The notes under the pieces were generated by a model. It saw only the letters and a list, made by a program, of their open reading frames with translations, was not told the DNA's origin and did not search any database. The position numbers and the translations under genes were made by a program. This document shows, piece by piece, positions 29,509 to 34,969 of a stretch of DNA of 34,969 bases; the first letter of the stretch is position 1, and every line of letters begins with the position of its first letter. Source of the DNA: Chrysochromulina tobinii (taxonomy: Eukaryota); assembly GCA_001275005.1 (NCBI GenBank), contig JWZX01002103.1, positions 1 to 34,969 of the forward strand. The letters are read 5' to 3'.

Positions 29509-29741
29509 ACGGCGCGCGCGGGCGGCCGGCCGCGGCGGGGCGCGTAGGTGGGTGACTTCATCGCGCACCCGCGTGTGCACGATAGGATGCAAACCGGATT
29601 CCCGGACGCGAACGTAACGGTTAATTAACGAGCCGGGCGTTGAGTACAAAATCAGGTGCTGGGGAAAGTGTGTGAATCCAGAAAGAAGCGTCAAGACAAC
29701 CACGTTCGTTTCAAGGAAGCTAAACTCTGAGGTCGTTGAGC

Positions 29742-31034
29742 TCACGGGAGAGGTCCGCGCGCCGACGTCGCCGCGAGAGGTCCACGCGACGGGGATTTCT
29801 GCATGGGCGGCATGAGCGCACTCTGCTGCCGCAGCTCGGCCATGCGCGCCTGCGTGCGCTCGCTGATCGCCTTCATCTTTGAGCGTGTCGCGTCCGCGTC
29901 CGCGTTGACACCGTAGAGCTCTAGCGCGCGCTCATACAGCGCGCTTGGGTCCATAGCGGCCGCTGCAGCGACCGCGGCCACGTCCTCGAGCGCCGCCCGG
30001 GAGGGCGCGATCGGCATCGTCGGCAGCAGGGCCACCGAGGGCGGCAATCCCGCCTTCTCAAGCAGTGCGTCCACTTGAGCCAACTGCGAGTCCACTTGAG
30101 CCAAGGCGGACTCCACCGCAATACTCACTGTACGTCCACTTGAGTCCACTTGAGCCAACTGTGAGTCCACCGCCGCCTTGGCACCTCTGAGGTATGCCGA
30201 TGGAGCGATGTTCTCCTCCTCGGCGCTTGGGTGTCCAGCTGCGATGGTATGCTTGGCGGCGGCATCCACCACCACCACCTCCTCGTCCTCGTCCTCGTCC
30301 TCCTCTTCCTCCTCCTCGTCCTCTTCCTCCTCCTCCTCCTCCTCTTCCTCATCCTCCTCCTGCGGAGCTGGCTCGCCGAGAGCTTCGCGCCGCTCGCGCT
30401 TCGAGATGCGCACCTCATCAAGGAAGACGAGCGAGGGCAGCGCCCCCACGAGGCCGGCGCGGTACCCGTCGCGCGTCGCGCACGGGTTCCCTGTGAGCTC
30501 GAGCGCCATCAGATGCGTAGGCAGCGCCGAAGCATCGACGGCGGCCACCGCATTGTACGATGCGTCGATGTACTGGAGCGCCTTGAGGTGCGCGATACCG
30601 CTAATCTCGTCGAGGTGGTTGTGCGATATTACGAGGTACTGCAGCTTGTCAAAGAAGGACAGGTCCTCGATGGTGCGCAACCGATTGTGCTGCAGGTGCA
30701 CGTGTGTCGCGCCGTTGCATACGTCAATGCCATCCATCGAGCTGAGGCGCAGCCGGTCGAGGCGCAGGCGCGTCAGCCCGAGCACGCGTTGCGCCACGTC
30801 GTCGCTCGAGAGCTTGCGCAGCTCAACCGGATCGATGTTGCGTGAGGCGATCAGCGCTGTTGTTAGGCGCTGCGGCTTCTCGGGTGCAGGTGCCGCCTCG
30901 AGCTTGGCAATCTCTGCCTCGAGCAGCTGAATCGCGGCCTCCGGGTCGAGCCGGCCCTCGGCCACGTCTGTGCACAGGCTCGGAACCGGGTTCTCCAGAG
31001 CCTTGCGCAGCTCGTCGCGCACTGCGTCATCCAT
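29742..31034 (-). CDS. Leucine-rich repeat protein (SDS22-like LRRs plus LRRcap; LRRC46-like), with a poly-Glu/Asp tract
   Basis: LxxLxLxxNxL-type repeats (HVHLQHNRL, YLVISHNHL, YIDASYNAV) and GNPC...YR..LV..LPSL..LD cap. Confidence 0.85.
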   Translation of the reverse strand: MDDAVRDELRKALENPVPSLCTDVAEGRLDPEAAIQLLEAEIAKLEAAPAPEKPQRLTTALIASRNIDPVELRKLSSDDVAQRVLGLTRLRLDRLRLSSMDGIDVCNGATHVHLQHNRLRTIEDLSFFDKLQYLVISHNHLDEISGIAHLKALQYIDASYNAVAAVDASALPTHLMALELTGNPCATRDGYRAGLVGALPSLVFLDEVRISKRERREALGEPAPQEEDEEEEEEEEEEDEEEEEEDEDEDEEVVVVDAAAKHTIAAGHPSAEEENIAPSAYLRGAKAAVDSQLAQVDSSGRTVSIAVESALAQVDSQLAQVDALLEKAGLPPSVALLPTMPIAPSRAALEDVAAVAAAAAMDPSALYERALELYGVNADADATRSKMKAISERTQARMAELRQQSALMPPMQKSPSRGPLAATSARGPLP

Positions 31035-31177
31035 CTTGTGTCCAACGGTACCCGTACCTGGAAGAAGGTGTGGAAAACTCAGATGAGGTCATATCGGTTC
31101 GAGCCGAATGGTCCTCGTCATTGTATCCAGTTTACCGCTCAACCAACCCAACCTACTTTTCGGTAGGCTCAGGTTAA

Positions 31178-31198
31178 GACTTGACTTGACTTGACTTG
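31178..31198 (-). repeat. (CAAGT)4 microsatellite in the divergent LRR/GT31 intergenic region
   Basis: GACTTGACTTGACTTGACTTG on the + strand. Confidence 0.9.
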
Positions 31199-31212
31199 GA
31201 AACTTGATCACG

Positions 31213-32742
31213 ATGCCAGAGAGGAATTTTACGCCGGAGGAGGTCGCGGCGGCGGTGACTGAGCTCGATTCGCTGTTGACATTCGCTACGCCGAAGTCGT
31301 GCGCGCCAGACTTGCTCGCCATCGGCGTACTCACGCTCCCGTTGCTCGTTCGCTCAAAGGATCAACGCAAGTTTCACAGGGCTGTGCACTTGGTGCAGCC
31401 TCCCGTGATTGCCGGGCGTGTGTGCATGCGATACATCGTGAGCGACGCGGAGATGTCTGCGCTCGCCGGACCAGAGAAGGAATACAGAGACAAGAGCCGC
31501 AAACCTGGTTTGACCCCGAAAGAAGCAGTGGAAAAAGATAATGCGACTCACGGTGACATTCTGGTAGTCCCTGCGGTCCCACGTGGGCAACTGCGGAAGC
31601 TGCTGAGCAATTCGACGCACGGGCCACTGGGCGCCGGATGCGTGCTCAAGATTATGTCGTGGTTCCAGGTCGCAACGACGATGCTGCCGACCACGCCGTT
31701 CATTGCGTACGGCGACGACGACACCTTCTGGGCACTCACCAGGTGGGTCGGCACCCTCACCGCGCTGTCGGTGGTGGAGCCCGAGACGCGGTACGTCTAC
31801 GCGGGGGCAATGCAGTATCACGATTACTGGGACTTGCGCACGATGACCTCGCATGGCTGGTTCTGGACGTTTCCTCAGGCGGGCAGGGGCTATCTGACGG
31901 ATTTCAAGGAGGAGACGTCAAACCCCTCGGACGCCGACGAGGCGGCGAAGCAGCGCGCCGTTCCCTTCCAGCGCCCGTACCCGATGGCCCACGGCCTGGG
32001 AGTGGTCGTCTCGCGTGCGCTGGCGGCCGATCTGCCGCAAGCGAAGGCAGTGTCCGACTTTCTCAAATTCTATGAGGAGTTCCTTCACACGAAGATGGGT
32101 CGGGAGCAAGCGGCGAAGATCAAGACGAGCCCCAAGTGTCGGCTGGGGACGGACTCGACCACCGGGAACTGGATCGCCGCGTTGCAGAAGCCGGTCGTGG
32201 CCGTCGACATCCTGAACTTCAACCAAAACTGGCCGTGGCCGTTGCCCAACCGATGCCACGGTCCCCAGGCGTCGAAAGAGCTCGCGAATCTGCATACCTT
32301 TCATCTCTATGGGCACAAGGCGAGCGATGCGACGTACTGGATGCACCTGCACAACTACACGACCAAGCTGCACACGAGTGGGCCGAATGAGAACTGGCCA
32401 AATCCCCGGCTGCGCTGCAGGCACGCGCCCGACTCGCCGACAGCGCGCACGCTCATGGACCGCTTATTGAGTGGCAAGGTCGTCGCCGAGGTGAAGCCCC
32501 AAAGGCAGGGCCAATTACGGACGGGGTGGCTGAACAAGCTCGCCCGCGAGTTCCCTCGCGTGCCAGGCGAGGACCCGTGGCGCAATCGTACGCGGCTCGA
32601 CCTACCCGATTGGCTCTATTGCGGCGTCCTGTGCCTGGCCAAGTGTTCGGACCGCGATCCTGGCGCTGAGGGCGGAGGCAAAGAGTGCGGCCGAGATTGC
32701 CAGTTGGAATGGCCTGATGTGCGCCGTCGGAGGCGCCGATGA
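31213..32742 (+). CDS. GT31 (beta-1,3-galactosyltransferase-like) glycosyltransferase
   Basis: Motif order typical of GT31: E....HGDIL, K...WF, FIAYGDDDTF (DxD), YVYAG, PYPMAHGLGVVVSRALA and D...G.WI. No clear N-terminal transmembrane anchor. Confidence 0.65.
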   Translation: MPERNFTPEEVAAAVTELDSLLTFATPKSCAPDLLAIGVLTLPLLVRSKDQRKFHRAVHLVQPPVIAGRVCMRYIVSDAEMSALAGPEKEYRDKSRKPGLTPKEAVEKDNATHGDILVVPAVPRGQLRKLLSNSTHGPLGAGCVLKIMSWFQVATTMLPTTPFIAYGDDDTFWALTRWVGTLTALSVVEPETRYVYAGAMQYHDYWDLRTMTSHGWFWTFPQAGRGYLTDFKEETSNPSDADEAAKQRAVPFQRPYPMAHGLGVVVSRALAADLPQAKAVSDFLKFYEEFLHTKMGREQAAKIKTSPKCRLGTDSTTGNWIAALQKPVVAVDILNFNQNWPWPLPNRCHGPQASKELANLHTFHLYGHKASDATYWMHLHNYTTKLHTSGPNENWPNPRLRCRHAPDSPTARTLMDRLLSGKVVAEVKPQRQGQLRTGWLNKLAREFPRVPGEDPWRNRTRLDLPDWLYCGVLCLAKCSDRDPGAEGGGKECGRDCQLEWPDVRRRRRR

Positions 32743-33054
32743 CCGTCGAGCATCACTTGGCGAGAGTTGCTTCGCTGGATGCGCGAAATCGGTCTGGCTC
32801 GTGAGAAGGTGAGAACTGAGATACATGCGTACATCTGTGCATGCCTAGGAATCCTAGTGCTACCTTTGACTGGGTTAGGAACTCGACTTAGTAGTAACTC
32901 GACTTTGATTGGGGCGGCGTGTGCGTGGCTTTGCGGGTCTGTGGTGTGTGTCTTCTACAGCAGGGAGCAGCATTAAAGTGGAACGTTGTGTCTAAACAGA
33001 CTCGTGATGTATTCACAGCGAGCGAGCCCTTTCACAGCTATTTCTTGGGGTTTC

Positions 33055-34602
33055 ATGGCGGACATTCCCGCAACCGCATTCCTCAGCGGATCGTCGATTC
33101 AGCTGGGCTCACGCCCGTCGACCGCTGGAAGTCGGAAGGATTCACGCCCGTCAACCGCTAGCCAGCGCCAGTTCGAAAACACGGCAGCCTCTAAGACTGA
33201 CTCTCGCGGCGACAGCAGCCCGGAGATGATGCGGGTCTGGACAGCAGTGGCGGCAACTACGTGGAGCTCGGTATGGAGCCCAGCGCCCGCGGTCGACGAG
33301 GACTTTCATGCCACACGCTGGCGGCCCAAGTCATCGAAGGAGGGTTCCAAGCTCATCCGAATGAGCCACGGCTCGCTACCGCCACGACATCACTTGGCCA
33401 TCGGCCACAGCGGCCAAGCGGTCGGCTTCAGCATCCCCGCAACTCATCTGGACCCGATGCTCAACTCGAATCAGCTGACGCTGCGCCCGGCTACGGCCTC
33501 GAGCACCGGGCGACTCCTCGTCGCGCAAGACTCATCCGGTGGGTTCGGGCCGTCGCCGCCGCCGCATGAGCAGCGGCGCGCGCCGCAGCAGCGGATTTCC
33601 GTGCCGAGTGGGCGGCCGAGCACCTCGTCAGCGAGCACGCGCGAGGCGGCTCCGACGCAGCCCGGGCTGCCCCGGCCCGCCACGTCTGCGAGCCTGCTTC
33701 GGGTGAGTGTGACTGGCTCGGCCTCAGCGCCCGTGCTCTCAACTGCAACTGCCGAGCGGCGAGAGGCGCCCGCGACGGCGCCGCAACGGTCTGAGGCGCC
33801 CGCGACGGCGCCGCAACGGTCTGAGGCGCCCGCGACGGCGCTGCAACGGTCTGAGGCGCCCGCTACGCAAGCGGTGGCACCGACGCCGACGGCATCCGCG
33901 CCGCTGCCGCCGAAGCCATCGCCTGCTCCGATGCAGCCGGCGCACCTGCCTGTCCCTCGTCGCAAGCACGCGGCGCTCGCGCGTGCGGAAGGCGATGCGT
34001 CTCCTCCGAAGGACGCGTCGATGGAGATCAGCAGCAGCAGCAGCAGCAGCAGCGGAGGAAGGCGCCTCGAGGGGTATGACACCGGGGCGCTTCGAGGCTA
34101 TGACGTGCTCGAAGGTGTGCTCGCCACCGCGCCCACGGCGACGCGCGACGTCTCGAGCACCGCCTCCTTCACAGCCTCCTTCACAGCGCGCTGTGCCGAC
34201 GAGGTGACACACCGAAGTGCCGCGGCCGAGGACGCGCCCGACACGGCGCCCGTCACGATCTCGCCCGTCACGAGCCGTCCGCCGGGTGAGCCGGGCCCGT
34301 CGCTGCAGCCGCCGGTGCGCCCGCCGCCCGTGCAGGTACCTTCGGAAGCCTCAGCCTCAGCCTCGGCTGGGCGAATCTCGAGGTCGGAGATCTCGAGGTA
34401 TGCCTCGTCCTCGCCCGTAGTGCACCTCGCCGACAGCGCCGCCCCTTTCCTTACGGCGTGCAACGCGGGCGCTGTGTCGAGCGCCACCAGCCCAGTTAGG
34501 GGCGCCGTATCGAGCACTCCCTCCGAGCCGCCAATCGCACACGGGGCTGTGCCCGCGACGGCGCGCACACCAGTGCCCACGATGGCGCCCGCGCCCACGA
34601 TG

Positions 34603-34661
<59 letters not shown>

Positions 34662-34744
34662 GTCTTCAGCGACGCCAGAGGCGCCGGCACCGGCCGCGGA
34701 GAAGTCGCGCTACCCGCCGCCTGGCGAGCGTGGCATTACGATCG
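33055..34744 (+). CDS. First exon of a Ser/Pro/Ala-rich low-complexity protein; gene continues beyond the window
   Basis: Long ORF with RPSTA/RPATA/RPATS motifs, a 30-bp EAPATAPQRS repeat, poly-S and (AP)n. A G|GTGAGC donor at 34745, identical to the donor at 8889, precedes non-coding repeats. Confidence 0.6.
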
Positions 34745-34969
34745 GTGAGCACGAGCACCCCTCAAATGGCCTCTGATGGCCTTTGATTGCCGCCCTCATC
34801 CGGTGACCCTCTTGGTTGCCTCCCTCATCCGGTGACCTCTTGATTGCCTCCCTCATCCGGTGACCTGAGGAGCACAGCAGCCGACCCGGGTGTTTGTCCC
34901 CCGACTGCATGCTAATTGCACCCCCAATCCCCCCCCTCAATGCATGCTAATTGCACCCCAATCCCCCCC
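34745..34969 (+). other. Probable intron (5' part) composed of tandem repeats
   Basis: GTGAGC donor; three 28-29-bp units TTG(A/G)TTGCC(G/T)CCCTCATCCGGTGACC at 34783-34866; two ~35-bp units TGCATGCTAATTGCACCCC(C)AATCCCCCCC at 34906-34969. Confidence 0.6.

Noticed and set aside
1..34969. Selenoprotein (in-frame TGA plus SECIS), tRNA, rRNA or transposase genes
   Set aside because: No TGA falls at a redox-motif position with coding-like continuation, and I recognised no cloverleaf, rRNA-like segment or transposase/RT motif by eye. A covariance-model scan would be needed to exclude small RNAs.

Overview
GC-rich, gene-dense, intron-poor eukaryotic nuclear DNA, most consistent with a microalga. 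A haptophyte such as Chrysochromulina is my inference from gene content and repeat style, not something proven here. About 18 protein-coding loci are supported: PX-BAR sorting nexin, LpxC with a presequence-like N-terminus, a small membrane protein, an EF-hand protein, a Josephin deubiquitinase, CacyBP/SIP, a ~1300-aa low-complexity protein (one clear GT-AG intron, one frameshift), a nucleotide-sugar transporter, a TTL-like ATP-grasp ligase, a disrupted ankyrin-repeat/RING E3 gene, a frameshifted coiled-coil protein, a large secreted Cys-rich protein, a PhyH-family dioxygenase, an HSL-type esterase, an LRR protein, a GT31-like glycosyltransferase, and a low-complexity gene running off the right edge into a repeat-filled intron. 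I recognised no rRNA, tRNA, CRISPR array or transposase. The most interesting signals are: (1) the ANK-RING gene, with nine near-identical 99-bp repeats varying mainly at DARPin-type binding positions, a second ankyrin module bracketed by matching minisatellites, and a 9+2-bp footprint-like duplication; (2) a cyanobacterial/plant-type lipid A enzyme in a eukaryote; (3) a tandem array of palindromic hairpin units; (4) a (CAAGT)4 motif in sense orientation upstream of two unrelated genes; (5) pervasive short tandem micro-duplications. All family assignments come from motif recognition by eye; no searches were run.
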